Positions 19,737 through 20,894 of a stretch of DNA of 20,894 nucleotides are shown one piece after another; positions within the stretch are counted from its first letter, which is position 1; the number at the start of each line of letters is the position of its first letter. Below the pieces are notes generated by a model. That model worked only from the letters and a program-made list of their open reading frames with translations, had not been told where the DNA came from and made no database searches. The stretch is taken from contig JBBISH010000113.1 of the NCBI GenBank assembly GCA_037441385.1, positions 1-20,894 of the forward strand, in the 5' to 3' direction. The position numbers and the translations under genes were made by a program. Source of the DNA: Myxococcales bacterium. GTDB taxonomy: Bacteria > Myxococcota_A > UBA9042.

Positions 19737-20894
19737 ATGGATTTCTACAACGAAGTATCGTCGTCGTCGATCCCGGTGGACGTGCCGGCGCCGCAGGTGT
19801 CGCTGGAGCGCCTGGCGCAACGGGCCAAGAAGCTGGACGTGACGGAGGTGCCCGCAGCGCCTTCGAAAAAGCCGAGCAAGCCAGCCGAGCCGGCGCTGGA
19901 TCCAGTGATCCAGGCGCGCATCGACGCCGAGCTGCGCGAATTCATTACCCAGCAGCAGGCCGAGCTGGGGATGGCCAAGACCGAGCACTGGCGCGACGTG
20001 GTCCACGACCGCTTTACCGCGGACCAGCGCGGCACCACCACCATCTTGGTGTCGGGCCTGACCATGGCGCACGACACCTTTGTGACCGCGGGCTTGCGCG
20101 GCCTGGGCTACAAGGTGTTGGCGCTGGACTGCCCGGACAACGAGGCGCTGCAGGTCGGCAAAGAGTTCGGCAACCGCGGCCAGTGCAACCCGACCTATTT
20201 CACGGTGGGCAACCTGGTCAAGACCCTGCAGCAGATGCGCGATGGCGGAATGCCGACCGAGCACATCCTGGACAAGTACCTGTTCCTGACCGCCGGGGCG
20301 TGTGGGCCGTGCCGTTTTGGCAGCTACACCACCGAGTACCGCAAGGCCCTGCGCGACGCGGGCTTTGACGGCTTCCGTGTGGCGCTGTTCCAGCAAAAGG
20401 GCGGCCTGGACCAATCGGGGGCGAGCGAGGCCGGCCTGCAGATGAACCTGCCGTTCTTTGTGCGGATTCTGCTGGCGCTGATGGTCGGCGACGCCATGAA
20501 CGCGCTGATGTACCGCATCCGCCCCTACGAGGTGGTGCCCGGCGCGACGGACCAGGCGGTGGCGCGCGCGCGCGAGCTGGTGGTCAAGACCCTGGAAACT
20601 CCGGGCGAGCTCTGGAAAATGCCCTACACCCTGCTGCAGGTGCGGCGCGAGCTGGCGGCGGTGCAGGTCGACCGGCTGGTGGCCAAGCCCAAGGTCGGTA
20701 TCATCGGCGAGTTCTGGGCGATGACCACCGAGGGCGACGGCAACTACAAGATGCCGCAGTTCTTGGAGAAAGAGGGCGCCGAGGTCGACGTGCAGCTGGT
20801 CACCGCCTGGCTGCTCTACAACCTGTGGGAGGTGCGCTGGGACACCCAGCGGCGCATGGGCCTGGCGGGCAAGGACGGCGGGCGCTGGGGCCTC
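19737..20894 (+). CDS. 2-hydroxyacyl-CoA dehydratase/reductase-like Fe-S subunit (PlsR-like), 3'-truncated by the window edge; absent from the ORF track
   Basis: AGGAG RBS and ATG 19737, 3 nt after the upstream TAA. The frame is open to the window end: MDFYNEV...GKEFGNRGQCNPTYFTVGNLVK...TAGACGPCRFGSYTTEYRKALRDAGF...KPKVGIIGEFWAMTTEGDGNY...LEKEGAEV. Confidence 0.88.
   Translation, partial: MDFYNEVSSSSIPVDVPAPQVSLERLAQRAKKLDVTEVPAAPSKKPSKPAEPALDPVIQARIDAELREFITQQQAELGMAKTEHWRDVVHDRFTADQRGTTTILVSGLTMAHDTFVTAGLRGLGYKVLALDCPDNEALQVGKEFGNRGQCNPTYFTVGNLVKTLQQMRDGGMPTEHILDKYLFLTAGACGPCRFGSYTTEYRKALRDAGFDGFRVALFQQKGGLDQSGASEAGLQMNLPFFVRILLALMVGDAMNALMYRIRPYEVVPGATDQAVARARELVVKTLETPGELWKMPYTLLQVRRELAAVQVDRLVAKPKVGIIGEFWAMTTEGDGNYKMPQFLEKEGAEVDVQLVTAWLLYNLWEVRWDTQRRMGLAGKDGGRWGL

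Overview
High-GC bacterial DNA, most likely from Myxococcota (inferred from a MYXO-CTERM-like sorting tail, D/T-rich lipoprotein stalks, a Cys-rich repeat lipoprotein and a CotH-family lipoprotein). Twelve CDSs are supportable. The left two-thirds encodes cell-surface proteins: a CotH kinase-like lipoprotein divergent from a TIM-barrel glycoside-hydrolase-like lipoprotein and a polysaccharide deacetylase, two secreted hypothetical proteins, a GH57 amylopullulanase-type lipoprotein, and a 55-Cys repeat lipoprotein. Next comes a cysteine-free glutaredoxin-like gene. The right end is a co-oriented START protein - TetR - twin operator - (BcrAD/BadFG x2 + DUF2229) activase - dehydratase/reductase-like subunit block. 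Its architecture matches the PlsA/PlsR (Ger-like) anaerobic plasmalogen/ether-lipid machinery; the last gene runs off the window. Non-coding features include a dispersed ~75-85 bp palindromic element in two copies (5.7 kb and 14.3 kb), CTAG-flanked mini-MITEs in a stack of hairpins at 5.5-5.8 kb, and a TGGGGGGCAATTTCTA / GCAATTTC-N8-GAAAWTGC motif family that occurs between genes and inside the activase CDS. No rRNA, tRNA, CRISPR array, transposase or integrase was seen. All family calls come from motifs read by eye, not from database searches.
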